Shown: piece after piece, positions 9,982 through 20,171 of the stretch
Numbering within the stretch: position 1 is the first letter of the stretch
How the letters are laid out: each line of letters opens with the position of its first letter
From: a virus
Virus record (IMG/VR): IMGVR_UViG_3300037010_000793
Span: 12,845 to 76,844 of that record
Length of the DNA stretch: 64,000 nt
Direction: 5' to 3' (one strand)
Made by a program: the position numbers and the translations under genes
Notes under the pieces: model-generated
Databases searched by the model: none
Told to the model about the DNA's origin: nothing
Seen by the model: the letters and a program-made list of their open reading frames with translations, nothing else

Positions 9982-10461
9982 TTACTTAATACTAGTCAAA
10001 GCAATAGCTGCTTTTTCATAAGCTGCGACTTTAGACTCGAGCGCTTTAATTCGAACGGAATGCTTTGATATACGCTCAGCACAATGGTCTTCAATAATCA
10101 TACGGTAGAAGGCGCCTAACCCAATCATTTTATTCACTTTAGGTGATGCAAAAGCGCAATCAGTAAAGGTAATAACATTGGTTGTGTGCATAATATCGAT
10201 ATAGACATAATTTAATGAATAAACGATATCGTAATTAACACCAACTTCGCGACGGATACTAAATGAACATTTGTATCCTTGTATATCTGCTTGAAAATAT
10301 ACCAAACAGTCACCCATCGGTCTGCCTTTAAAGACATTTTTTACCGAAATTAAGTCTAGGTAGAAAGACTTTGCTGCTTGTTCCATTTCAAATAACCTCT
10401 TTTCATTTAATACGTGATTATTATATACTGTTTGGACGCAATTGTAAACTGTTTTCGTCAT
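9982..10461 (-). CDS. hypothetical protein
   Basis: 159 aa ORF. Confidence 0.65.
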   Translation of the reverse strand: MTKTVYNCVQTVYNNHVLNEKRLFEMEQAAKSFYLDLISVKNVFKGRPMGDCLVYFQADIQGYKCSFSIRREVGVNYDIVYSLNYVYIDIMHTTNVITFTDCAFASPKVNKMIGLGAFYRMIIEDHCAERISKHSVRIKALESKVAAYEKAAIALTSIK

Positions 10462-10467
10462 ATTTTT

Positions 10468-10497
10468 AAAAGGAAAGGAAGCATTGCTTCCTTTCCT
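10468..10497 (-). terminator. intrinsic terminator after nadV
   Basis: 12-bp stem AGGAAAGGAAGC/GCTTCCTTTCCT followed by a short T run on minus. Confidence 0.65.
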
Positions 10498-10531
10498 AAC
10501 ACGACTTTAGTTTTATAAAAAGTACTGCATA

Positions 10532-12220
10532 TCAGATCACGCTGTCGATCCTAGCTCGGATCTCATCAAATGTGCTGATGTTATAGAATAATCCATCTTC
10601 ATACACTTTGACAAGAAGGCCTTGTTCTTCTTGTTCCGCGGATTGCTCATCAAAAAGAACAAGTTCATTGTCAACGCACTCAACACGAACAAGCCCTTTG
10701 GCTGATTTTTTAGTCCCATCATCAGTTTTAGGGTCTTTATTTAAGTTAATAGGTGCACCATCTACGATTGCGTATGTAGCCTTAAGTGCCATACCCAATG
10801 TATCACGTGTGCTATAATTGTAAGTAAAGCTACCTGCAGCTACTATAACGTTGGTACTTGCAAAGCCTTTTGCTTTTAGTCTATTGGTGATATCTAGTGC
10901 GCGCTTAACTGTGATGCTATCTCCATAAATCATGCCAATGTGACTGTCTAGTAAGCGATATCCTTTTTCTGTGATAGTACCGCCAAACGTTTCCCATAAG
11001 CATTCTACTGTACCTTTCATTTCCGGTGTAACTAACTCATCCTGAATAGGAGCAGATAGAATACCTTCATCGGTAACAGTACATACCATATAGCTATTGG
11101 TATAAACCTCTAACTCTACGGTAGTGTTAACAAACACAAATGTGTTAACACTGGGGTTATTTTTAAACCAGCGCTCTACATCAGTTAGTGTTTTAACTGG
11201 AATAGCGATACCACAAATGATTTGAACAGGATCACCTGAATCTGGCCGAATGACTACCTTTGACATTCCTAACGAATCGGGTGCTCGATTAAGAATATCT
11301 TCTTTTAGTCGAGGTACGATGTCAGTAATAACATTCCAGTAATCATAAGAATCACATACCCGAGCAACAACACCTGAAGGGTAAACCTCGGTGATCAACC
11401 GCTTCATTTGAATATATTCTGCTTCATTCAATGAAATGTTGTTACGCTTAGCGATAGTTTGAATTGCTAAAGTCTCTGTCATATGCTCTGACGCATTAAC
11501 AGATCCTGCGATGAATGACCCAAACGGTGCATTATAATAATCAACCACCATCGCAGTTGAACCGATAGCATCACTACCGTAAAAACACGTTAGATGGCAC
11601 ATACCTTGTCGAGCTGCATCAGCGCTACCAGACATACCTCGCGCACTAAAGTCATGGCATTGCCACTTTACAAAGCCAGTATTACCTACCGTTTCTATAG
11701 CAGCTGCAGTCAATAACCTGCGATAGGCTAGCGCGATGGTGGCATTGTTTACTGATTTCCAGGTTTCATTTGAAATAACAGTCTCAAGGTAACCGGTAAC
11801 CCAAGCAAAGTCTTTATGTGTGTTAATCATAGTCAAACCAGGGATCTTTGCCTTCATAAGCGAACCCTCTTTTAGCGACTTAACTCTAATAGGAAGGTAA
11901 CCTAGTTTGTGCAATGATACAATATGGCTATCATCGTATGATCCACCCGAAAAGTAGCAAACTTGTGAACGAAAGTTCTTCAACGCTGTTTCTACATCAA
12001 CTTTAAAGAATTCACGTTCAAATGCATCATGAATCATTTTCATGGTAGCTTGAACACCAAACCAAACCGCGTGATCATCTGTTAAGTTACGTGTTTCTTT
12101 TGGCAAGTGCTTAAAGCTACGTGGAGTGAATGTTTCATAGATATACTCAGTACCTGGAAACATCTGAGCTTTATGTGAAATTTTATATGAGTCGGCACTC
12201 ATTAAAACATTATTAATCAT
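10532..12220 (-). CDS. nadV: nicotinamide phosphoribosyltransferase (Nampt/Namat-like)
   Basis: DSYKISH, HDFSARG, ASEH, DSYDYW, RPDSGDP, IYGDSIT, KDPKTDDGTKKSAKG. Confidence 0.93.
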   Translation of the reverse strand: MINNVLMSADSYKISHKAQMFPGTEYIYETFTPRSFKHLPKETRNLTDDHAVWFGVQATMKMIHDAFEREFFKVDVETALKNFRSQVCYFSGGSYDDSHIVSLHKLGYLPIRVKSLKEGSLMKAKIPGLTMINTHKDFAWVTGYLETVISNETWKSVNNATIALAYRRLLTAAAIETVGNTGFVKWQCHDFSARGMSGSADAARQGMCHLTCFYGSDAIGSTAMVVDYYNAPFGSFIAGSVNASEHMTETLAIQTIAKRNNISLNEAEYIQMKRLITEVYPSGVVARVCDSYDYWNVITDIVPRLKEDILNRAPDSLGMSKVVIRPDSGDPVQIICGIAIPVKTLTDVERWFKNNPSVNTFVFVNTTVELEVYTNSYMVCTVTDEGILSAPIQDELVTPEMKGTVECLWETFGGTITEKGYRLLDSHIGMIYGDSITVKRALDITNRLKAKGFASTNVIVAAGSFTYNYSTRDTLGMALKATYAIVDGAPINLNKDPKTDDGTKKSAKGLVRVECVDNELVLFDEQSAEQEEQGLLVKVYEDGLFYNISTFDEIRARIDSVI

Positions 12221-12331
12221 ATTTTATTTCCTTTGTGCACATTGTGGCTGCACGGTTAGTTTAAAAGTTAGATTGCATTTTGGTCAATCTGATTAATCGA
12301 TTTTGATTGGATCGATTAAACCAATTTCAGG

Positions 12332-13135
12332 TTATCTAACCCAAATATCTTTATCAGGTACCATAGATACTAACATGTTATAAACATCATCACTTAGTTC
12401 GTCTACGCTCATTATTGGTTTATTAACTTGTTTTATTTTAACATAGTTTAGCTCTTTTTGATTGAAAACAATAAACATGGTACCATCCATATATTTTCTA
12501 ATATCTGTCACCCCTTTTAAAATGTTCCGCATCTGGTACGCAACAAGATTATAGGTATCAATTAAAATATTATCATCAACTACACGGCTACGAAGACTAT
12601 TCTGTTTGATAGCAGTTGCTAAATCGTTCAGAACCCAAACAACATGAATATTTTCTTTAGGGTATCCTAGTTTATTGGCCAGCTGAGATACTTTTATTAG
12701 CGATGAAGATGATTTCATAGTAATATCGAATATCAAGTTCGGTCTACGATCATTGTTGCTAACAAGAATAGATTTAACCAATGCCTCTAGCTTACGATCG
12801 CTAATACCAAGATCCTCAATCACTGTATGGATAATCGACGTATGATCTGGATTTCTTAGATCTAACGCACTAACATCTAAATCGTATTCACTTTTTATTC
12901 TATCTTTTATTAAGCTTGACTTTAACGCCAGCTCTTTTAAACGATCAACGTCAAAAGTAAAACCTTGTATATTAAGCAAATTAGACTTTACGTATCCCTT
13001 GCCGCTACCAGCTCCACCGGCTAAGATTACTATCTGGTTAAAATTGCTAGTATTGTTATTATTAAAGTTAATTAGCGCTTCATCTAAGTATTGTTGATCA
13101 AAAGCGTTCTCTTTTAAAAAGTCAATAAATGTCAT
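12332..13135 (-). CDS. P-loop kinase (zeta-toxin/PNK-like fold)
   Basis: ILAGGAGSGKG Walker A; IFDIT; NSLRSRVV lid. Confidence 0.75.
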   Translation of the reverse strand: MTFIDFLKENAFDQQYLDEALINFNNNNTSNFNQIVILAGGAGSGKGYVKSNLLNIQGFTFDVDRLKELALKSSLIKDRIKSEYDLDVSALDLRNPDHTSIIHTVIEDLGISDRKLEALVKSILVSNNDRRPNLIFDITMKSSSSLIKVSQLANKLGYPKENIHVVWVLNDLATAIKQNSLRSRVVDDNILIDTYNLVAYQMRNILKGVTDIRKYMDGTMFIVFNQKELNYVKIKQVNKPIMSVDELSDDVYNMLVSMVPDKDIWVR

Positions 13136-13137
13136 TT

Positions 13138-13584
13138 TTATTTTCCTAAATCATCATAAATCAAAAAGATATTTAAATCTGCTTTAAATTCATCTGGCAG
13201 TTTATCCCAAACCTTATTAATCCTGTTATACCGCTTTATATCCTTTATTTGCGACTTACTCATATCTCTAATTAAGTAGTGGTATCTTACCAAGTTCTTT
13301 GTATAATCGCTTACAAACCACCAATTTTTAATTATTTGAAATGACATTTCCTCATGATTCTTGAAGCTATACGTATCGTTTAATACATCGTCATCCTTAG
13401 ATTGATCTGCTGTAAATGGCTTGCCAAAGTCATGAAGTAGCCCAGCAGCTATCATTTTATAATTGCCTGATCGGATTAGATGATACGTTACCTTTATAGT
13501 GTGAATCAGAACAGAGTGTTTATGTCACTTATTCTGTTTCACAAATAAACTTCTTAAAAACGGTAAACTTAATACTTTGTTCAT
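13138..13584 (-). pseudogene. HD-domain protein interrupted by an in-frame TGA at codon 20
   Basis: ATG 13584 ...QNK*HKHSVLIHT... continues in frame into LLHDFGKP...NHEE...YHY. Confidence 0.7.
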
Positions 13585-13654
13585 CACAATAATCCAAATA
13601 TCTTTAACTTGTAATTATTATAACATGTTCAAAAGCTAAAAGTAAACTGTTTTG

Positions 13655-13804
13655 TTACTTATTTGTCGCGTCATGTTCAAGATATGCGCCAATACAAACT
13701 GCACCAGCGACAAAAACAGTAGCAACCAGACCAAACAAAATCAATGAAACTAACCCCAACAAAGATAGGATTAATATGTTTTGCAATGTGCTAACAATCT
13801 TCAT
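13655..13804 (-). CDS. small membrane protein (49 aa)
   Basis: hand-translated MKIVSTLQNILILSLLGLVSLILFGLVATVFVAGAVCIG... Confidence 0.5.
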   Translation of the reverse strand: MKIVSTLQNILILSLLGLVSLILFGLVATVFVAGAVCIGAYLEHDATNK

Positions 13805-13817
13805 GATAAACCTTTAA

Positions 13818-14045
13818 TTACTCAGTATCTGTAGTCTTTGTATGCTTTTTATTACTGCGTTTCGCCATCTCGTTAGCAACACGTGCAGATAACATCATAC
13901 GTTGAGAACGCTTTTGACCTGCGCGATCACCTACATGATTCAATGCAGCTAAGCACTTATCATTCTTGGTTAGCGTTACACCAATCACCTGAGCAATTTT
14001 ATTGCGAGGTGTTGTTGCCACGTCGCGAGTTTTCTTATGTTCCAT
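13818..14045 (-). CDS. basic hypothetical protein
   Basis: AGGAG RBS, 75 aa. Confidence 0.6.
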   Translation of the reverse strand: MEHKKTRDVATTPRNKIAQVIGVTLTKNDKCLAALNHVGDRAGQKRSQRMMLSARVANEMAKRSNKKHTKTTDTE

Positions 14046-14069
14046 TTCATCTCTCCTAGTTTTAAAAAA

Positions 14070-14522
14070 TCAATACATTTTTGAAAATTTACATTCACCA
14101 TTCGCTACAGTCATGGTGTAGAACTTACTTAAATCCCCTGCCATTCGCGAATAATCTCTTCCACCGTCAATCATCATATTGCCAAGTGTTACACAGTCAT
14201 GTCGATAAGCACTATAATAGAATACACCGTCTTCTACAAACCCATCAATAGCCATGGATTCGATAGATATACCATTTGTTATCACAAGTTTGTCTTTATT
14301 ATATCCAATAGCGTAATAATTAGAACCTCTTGGGTGGGGTGTTTCGTTGTAAAAAATGTGATACGGTTGATACGTAAACTCACCGCTAAGATCTTTAATT
14401 TGACTTTTGCAAATATATCTACCTCCATACGCTTCAATTGCTTTATGGATTAAGTCTTCCTCTTCAGGTCGTATCATAACCTTTATTAAACCCAATTCTA
14501 TCATATCAAATCCTTTCATCAC
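14070..14522 (-). CDS. conserved phage hypothetical protein
   Basis: YSAYRHD...IDGGRDYSR motif. Confidence 0.7.
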   Translation of the reverse strand: MMKGFDMIELGLIKVMIRPEEEDLIHKAIEAYGGRYICKSQIKDLSGEFTYQPYHIFYNETPHPRGSNYYAIGYNKDKLVITNGISIESMAIDGFVEDGVFYYSAYRHDCVTLGNMMIDGGRDYSRMAGDLSKFYTMTVANGECKFSKMY

Positions 14523-14576
14523 GAGGTTTAAATTAAAAAGATGTACATTGCATTAGCTTTTTGATTTGAACCTCGT
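14521..14576. repeat. palindromic element copy 1 (homolog at 26621)
   Basis: 20-bp stem ACGAGGTTTAAATTAAAAAG / CTTTTTGATTTGAACCTCGT. Confidence 0.7.
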
Positions 14577-14590
14577 ATACACAGTTTAAA

Positions 14591-14995
14591 TTAGTCGTTA
14601 ACAACCAAGATCGGTTCATTACTTAAGTAAACTTGATTTACTCCATCTTTAACGTAGTAGTTCTTATAGCCTTTAATCTTCTGCGTCGTCGTGCATTGTT
14701 TATGCTTTTCTGTATTACCGGTATTAGCTCCAATTATACCGCCGGTTGCACCGCCTGCTAATGTGCCTAAGCTACTACCTGTTTTTCCAAATAATAGCTT
14801 ACCAATAATATGACCGGCAGCTGCACCAGCAACACCACCAACTACAGCTCCTGTTGTGTTTGGCTGATTCGATTCATTAGTAACATCAGTACAGTCTTTA
14901 ACATCGTAGTATACAGGTTCTGATGATACTACAGGATATTGCGCGCTAAACGCTGTGTTAGACAACAGCAGCAAAATAACTGGAATTAGTTTCAT
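14591..14995 (-). CDS. glycine-zipper 2TM protein
   Basis: signal peptide; GAVVGGVAGAAAGHIIG...GGATGGIIG. Confidence 0.85.
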   Translation of the reverse strand: MKLIPVILLLLSNTAFSAQYPVVSSEPVYYDVKDCTDVTNESNQPNTTGAVVGGVAGAAAGHIIGKLLFGKTGSSLGTLAGGATGGIIGANTGNTEKHKQCTTTQKIKGYKNYYVKDGVNQVYLSNEPILVVND

Positions 14996-16452
14996 AACGA
15001 CTCCGTTAATAATTGTTGTAAGCTGAGTTCTGTGCTAGCTGCTTCAATTTCTAAGCATTCTTCAAGTGTATTTGCTGAAGTTTTGTCGCTTCGAATCAAG
15101 TGGAATCGTGGATGCATAGTTGAATGAATATCAGCGCCTCTAGCTAAAGTAATGCCACAACATTCAATGGTGCAAACAGAACCGATATACTTATCAGCGT
15201 TATTTGTAAACTCATCCATCATATCTTCTTTTAATCCACCAGCAATAGTCTTTAACCGACCACAAGCTGATTCAACGTTGATTGTAGAGTACACATTCTC
15301 GTTTTTAGTACCCTTAGTTCCATAGTTAAAGCCGGTAATAATCAAATCTAATTCAATCAACTCCTTGAACTTAATTTGATGAACACCTTTACCATCAGAC
15401 CATAGAGCGTCAAGCGACTTAAGGATGGTACCCTCTTCACCTTTACCTCGCATCTCGATAAAGTGCATTTTAGCATCTTTAATATTTTCAACTAGTACAT
15501 AATCAACAATCTTTACAATCTTGCTAAATTTTTCATTTTTGCTGATATTATCTATTAACCAGTTGAATCGTGTAACATACTTATCAGACTTAACTTTACC
15601 GTATGACTTGTACGTATCTAGACTGATAATATCCCAAACGATGTACTGTAACCGTGTGTGAGCAGTGTCAAAGGTGATTCCAAACTTGTTATACTCTTTG
15701 TTGAATTTATCAATATCTTTCTTAATCTTTGTATCAATTAAGCCATCATTATCACGAATCTTTTCATTGATTGAACAGAACGATGATACAACACCATTTG
15801 ATTCATAACGGGTAACCCCTGATAATACAATCTCACCATTCAAAACACAATCAGAACCATACAAGTCACGAATATCTACGAGATCGTCAAAAGCACCGTT
15901 AACTACAGTTTCCAACCCTTGACGTGATTCCATGTAGACTGTATCCGTAATGATAGTATTAGCATATCGACCATCTGCTTTTACTTGTGAAATACAAGAT
16001 CCGCTAGCAAGTAGCTTTGCAACAGCTTTTTCGCTATACGACTTAGCACCCATATAAGGAGCTTCTTTAATGAAGTTAGCGCCAAACACTTTATTAATAA
16101 TTGAAACATTAATACCAGCTTTAGCTGATCCGCCAATCATTAATTTTACAATTTCGCCTAATTGATCATCTGAATTTTCAAGAATTTCAATCAAAACTTG
16201 TTTGGCAGCATTGCCAGTAGCTTCACGTGTAATTAGCTTGTTAATCTTTACTAAAACATCGCCAAAATCAAGTGTTGGATTTGGATTTACAGTGTAATCA
16301 GGAATTTGCTTAATACCAAACTTAATCAACGGTGAATAACACATTTCCAAAAACAATCGTAACGGTAGAAAGTCTTTGTGATTGGTAAGAACTTCAATTT
16401 TATGGTTTTTACCATTATCACTTCGAAGTTCATTGATAATTGAATATAGCAT
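14992..16452 (-). CDS. 30: ATP-dependent DNA ligase (gp30)
   Basis: QVKADG, SRQG, LNGEI, EGTILK, KFK, HPRF..IRSDK. Confidence 0.93.
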   Translation of the reverse strand: MLYSIINELRSDNGKNHKIEVLTNHKDFLPLRLFLEMCYSPLIKFGIKQIPDYTVNPNPTLDFGDVLVKINKLITREATGNAAKQVLIEILENSDDQLGEIVKLMIGGSAKAGINVSIINKVFGANFIKEAPYMGAKSYSEKAVAKLLASGSCISQVKADGRYANTIITDTVYMESRQGLETVVNGAFDDLVDIRDLYGSDCVLNGEIVLSGVTRYESNGVVSSFCSINEKIRDNDGLIDTKIKKDIDKFNKEYNKFGITFDTAHTRLQYIVWDIISLDTYKSYGKVKSDKYVTRFNWLIDNISKNEKFSKIVKIVDYVLVENIKDAKMHFIEMRGKGEEGTILKSLDALWSDGKGVHQIKFKELIELDLIITGFNYGTKGTKNENVYSTINVESACGRLKTIAGGLKEDMMDEFTNNADKYIGSVCTIECCGITLARGADIHSTMHPRFHLIRSDKTSANTLEECLEIEAASTELSLQQLLTESL

Positions 16453-16524
16453 GGTTTGTTCCTTTATTAGATGGTCTTATTATAACACCAACACATGAAA
16501 ATGTAAACTGCTAAAATTAATAAT

Positions 16525-17169
16525 TTAATCAATATGTTTTAGAATCATTCTAAGATGAGATTTATCGTCATTATAAGAATCAATTCGCTCATCAAGCCAT
16601 TTACTTTCATGAGGCCCATGCTTAATTTTAACATCATGAAACGTTATAAGACAAGCTTTAGTATCAATGATGTCTACAGTTAGTGTAGCATCATAACTTA
16701 GTTTACTCCAAAGCTTACGTGCACCAAAGTATTGTTCAACATCAGAGATTAAGTTTAGTTTCTCACGGGTTACAAGTAATTCATAAAGCTTAGTTGAAAT
16801 TCCTAACCCACGATACTCTTCAGCAACTCTAGCAAGATAAACAGCTTTATAGTTTTTACCGCAAATATGTTCATCACTGAGTTTAATTTCAGCAACCCTG
16901 GTGAACACGTATTCAGCATCAATAGTTTCCCAATAACCTACAATATAAACTCTGCCTGATTCGAGTTTGCGTAATTCTAACTTAGATACCATAGGCGATT
17001 TCTTAGTTAGAATCACGTCGCAGCAGTATTTCCATTGGATATTAGTTACTGTCTCAGCCGTGTATATACCAACTGTAAGATCTAACCCGAAATTACCATA
17101 ACGAGCGATAGCTTGCTCTGTAAGCTCCTCACCATCAGCATCTTTTAGAAATTGTTTAAACGATTTCAT
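16525..17169 (-). CDS. GNAT-family acetyltransferase with capsid-targeting-like N-terminus
   Basis: VAEEYRGLGISTKLY acetyl-CoA motif A; MKSFKQFL...LTE leader. Confidence 0.7.
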   Translation of the reverse strand: MKSFKQFLKDADGEELTEQAIARYGNFGLDLTVGIYTAETVTNIQWKYCCDVILTKKSPMVSKLELRKLESGRVYIVGYWETIDAEYVFTRVAEIKLSDEHICGKNYKAVYLARVAEEYRGLGISTKLYELLVTREKLNLISDVEQYFGARKLWSKLSYDATLTVDIIDTKACLITFHDVKIKHGPHESKWLDERIDSYNDDKSHLRMILKHID

Positions 17170-17237
17170 TTTTGATTACCTTTATGCTTTATACGGTCTA
17201 TTATATACTAGCTAGTAGTAAAAGTACATAATTACAT

Positions 17238-17429
17238 TTAATATTTTTCATCGCTCAATCCATCTAATACAACTTTTGCTAACTCTATTGTATCATCAAT
17301 ACCTGATAATGTTAAAGCACAATCAATAGGATTACTAACCACTTTACTCACTGTTGAATCAGCAACCTTTAAAACGTTTGTTGGTAGTTCAATAACAGTG
17401 TCAACAATTGAATTAATTAATCCGAACAT
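17238..17429 (-). CDS. small hypothetical protein
   Basis: AAGGA RBS, 63 aa. Confidence 0.6.
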   Translation of the reverse strand: MFGLINSIVDTVIELPTNVLKVADSTVSKVVSNPIDCALTLSGIDDTIELAKVVLDGLSDEKY

Positions 17430-17443
17430 ATCTTTTCCTTATT

Positions 17444-17464
17444 AAAAAGGAGACCGAAGTCTCC
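17444..17464 (-). terminator. intrinsic terminator (UUCG loop)
   Basis: GGAGAC-TTCG-GTCTCC-TTTTT on minus. Confidence 0.85.
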
Positions 17465-17470
17465 ATTAAA

Positions 17471-18145
17471 TTACATATAGAACTGAACTACTTGATTAGG
17501 GTCTTTAACATCGCCTTTACCAACTGGGATAAACTCAAAACCTGCAGCACCAAATACAATATCACCAATATGTACACAGGTCTTACCGCTATGGTCTGTT
17601 GTTAGGTTAAAATGAGCCAGCTCTTCATCAGTATCGTCATTCACAACTTTAACATACGCATTTTTAATCATACCTAAATGATGTTGACGTTCCATTGCCT
17701 TATGAACAAAGCAATAAACTGCTACTGTCTTATCACCTGGTTGACGCTTATCATAGTCAACAATACCGAATTCGTCTTCACCAGTACCATCATCTTCACC
17801 AGTTTGATTATCTTTTGGAATTGCAATAGTAGAAGAGCGTAGAAGTTCTTCTTTCTGTTCTTCAGTCATCGCTTTTAAATCTGCTTTTGTTACTGACTTT
17901 GGATAGTATTGATTGTTAAAAAATACTACTTTATTAGGTGCAATGACTTTACCTGCGTTATTGAGCACGAACATGAATAAGTCTAAATCAAAACCTTTTG
18001 TCTTATCTGCTGAAAATACTGGATGCATCTCCCAGTTAGTGATTAAACGTAAACGAGTTAGAGCTGGAAACTCTTTAGCCAAGTCTAATACAAAACCAAC
18101 TTCATGTTGCTTTTCTAAATCTAGCATAAAAATTCCTTGTGACAT
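17471..18145 (-). CDS. terD: TerD-family protein
   Basis: FDLDL, VFFNN, DNQTG...DE, FIPVGKG. Confidence 0.85.
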   Translation of the reverse strand: MSQGIFMLDLEKQHEVGFVLDLAKEFPALTRLRLITNWEMHPVFSADKTKGFDLDLFMFVLNNAGKVIAPNKVVFFNNQYYPKSVTKADLKAMTEEQKEELLRSSTIAIPKDNQTGEDDGTGEDEFGIVDYDKRQPGDKTVAVYCFVHKAMERQHHLGMIKNAYVKVVNDDTDEELAHFNLTTDHSGKTCVHIGDIVFGAAGFEFIPVGKGDVKDPNQVVQFYM

Positions 18146-18231
18146 GTTAATTGTTCCTTAAATTGTTAAAACTTTATTGAATATCTTGTAATGTTAATTA
18201 ATACAGAATAAACACTTATTTCATTTGATTA

Positions 18232-19263
18232 TCAATTAGTAGATTCTTCTTGACGATTGTCGAACGCTGAGTGAATAACACTAGCAATAATAATACTAAC
18301 AGAAGTCAATGCGATCATATAGTCAGGGATTTCTAAGAACGGTTCCATCATAATCGATGCCGATAGGAATCCAATAGACCAGAATGCGCCAGTTTCAAGG
18401 TATTGATACGTTTTGAGTGTACCAGTTGCATCTAACATAACTGTCATAGATCGAACAAACATTGCGCCAATACCTAATCCAGCAGCAATAACGAATACGT
18501 TAGACGAGATAGCGAAGGAAGCTAATACACCATCAGCAGAGAATGCGGAATCTAAGATTTCAATATAGATGAATGTTCCAAGACCTGCTTTTGCTACAGT
18601 TCCAGCCGTATTTGCAGTTGCTTCATCAGTTGCACCTTCTAACAAGTGCTTAATAATCTCAATAACGACAAAGGCAATCATACCAGCTAATGCCGCCATA
18701 AAGAATTCATGCCCACCATGTTCCATATTCAGCGATACTAAGTATGATAATGAGCCGACAATCATAGCTTGTACCATATCAAGTGATCCAATAGCAGCTA
18801 ATGGTTTTTCGATTGGTACAAGCCAGAACTCATCACGTTCTTTATCCATGAAGAAGCTCAAGAACACCATTGATAAGAACGCGCCACCAAAACCAGCTAC
18901 CATAGAATGCGAACTAATTAATGTATGTTCAAACTGGGTAGGGTTTGTTAACGCCCAATCAAGAGCAGTTGACATCGATACATCACCGACAATTGATACA
19001 ATTCCAATAGGAAACAGTACTCGCATACCGATTACTGCAATAAAGATACCAACGTATAAGAACATTTTCTTCCAGAAGATGCTCATTTTACTTAGCTGTG
19101 CTGCGTTAACCACCGCGTTGTCAAACGAAAGGGCAATTTCAATAACCGCCAATGTTAACACCGTGCCTAATAAAAGCAGGCTGCCTGTCTCAATATACAC
19201 TGCGCTAAGCGCTACAATTGCAAAGATAATTGATCCGCTAAAATACTTAATTAAAGTATTCAT
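18232..19263 (-). CDS. DUF475 (TerC-related) membrane protein
   Basis: EIALSFDNAVVNA, GMRVLFP, EILDSAFSADGVLASFAIS, GLGIGAMFVRSMT. Confidence 0.88.
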   Translation of the reverse strand: MNTLIKYFSGSIIFAIVALSAVYIETGSLLLLGTVLTLAVIEIALSFDNAVVNAAQLSKMSIFWKKMFLYVGIFIAVIGMRVLFPIGIVSIVGDVSMSTALDWALTNPTQFEHTLISSHSMVAGFGGAFLSMVFLSFFMDKERDEFWLVPIEKPLAAIGSLDMVQAMIVGSLSYLVSLNMEHGGHEFFMAALAGMIAFVVIEIIKHLLEGATDEATANTAGTVAKAGLGTFIYIEILDSAFSADGVLASFAISSNVFVIAAGLGIGAMFVRSMTVMLDATGTLKTYQYLETGAFWSIGFLSASIMMEPFLEIPDYMIALTSVSIIIASVIHSAFDNRQEESTN

Positions 19264-19463
19264 TTTTATTTCCTATTTGTTTAAATGTTTATGAAAGAAT
19301 TACTTTTACATCTTCGTGAGAATAAAGTTAGGTGTAAATTAAGTCATGATAGATTTTGTCAATGTTATGTTCATTACCGTCATTTAATGACTTAATCTTC
19401 ATTTCCTTCATGCTCGCTAAATATATAATACACTATATCCTAACTAGCTTAGAATGTAAACAG

Positions 19464-20150
19464 TTATTTCTTTGTCCAAGTCAAAAACTTAGAAGAAGCT
19501 AAATCATCGTAGAATGTATCAGGTAAAACGTTCATTGGGTTTTTGTAGTGAATAAAACCAACGTTGCTATACTCATCAGCTAAACCGTTTAAGAAACGGG
19601 TATTAACATCGTTACCGATACCAATAAATTGCACAAACGTGTCTTTATTAGCACGTGTTAAGAACTCATTAACAATAAGTTGATCATGTTGAGGCGTATC
19701 ACCGTCTGTGATAATGACTAATAGCGCTCCAGTGCTAACAGATACTTCCTTCTTACCGAATAAACTTCCAAATAATGATTTCTTCGGTTTAGCTAAACCA
19801 TACATATTTTCAAAGATTGGATAGAATAGCGTGCCACCATCAGCTAAATTACCATATTGTTTCATATATTTGCCAAAATCTTTTGATGTTGCACTCGACG
19901 CTTCTTTAAATGAAGTATTGAAGAAACCAACATCAATAGAGCCGTTATCATCAAACTTCATACCAGACACGATCATCATATCTACGATATATTCAACGAA
20001 ACCAGATGAAAATTCGTCACGCATTGATCCTGATCGATCGATTGCAATGCGAACTTCTAATTTTGGTAATTGAGAAAGATCAAATCCGCTTTTTTCTAAG
20101 CTAAGTGAAAACGTCTCTTCAGTTTTACCGAGATCCAGTGTGAATGACAT
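19464..20150 (-). CDS. vWA-domain protein (Ter-associated)
   Basis: DRSGSM MIDAS, FDDNG, ITDG, QFIGIG. Confidence 0.85.
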   Translation of the reverse strand: MSFTLDLGKTEETFSLSLEKSGFDLSQLPKLEVRIAIDRSGSMRDEFSSGFVEYIVDMMIVSGMKFDDNGSIDVGFFNTSFKEASSATSKDFGKYMKQYGNLADGGTLFYPIFENMYGLAKPKKSLFGSLFGKKEVSVSTGALLVIITDGDTPQHDQLIVNEFLTRANKDTFVQFIGIGNDVNTRFLNGLADEYSNVGFIHYKNPMNVLPDTFYDDLASSKFLTWTKK

Positions 20151-20171
20151 ATTTGTGTTCCTTTTAATAAG

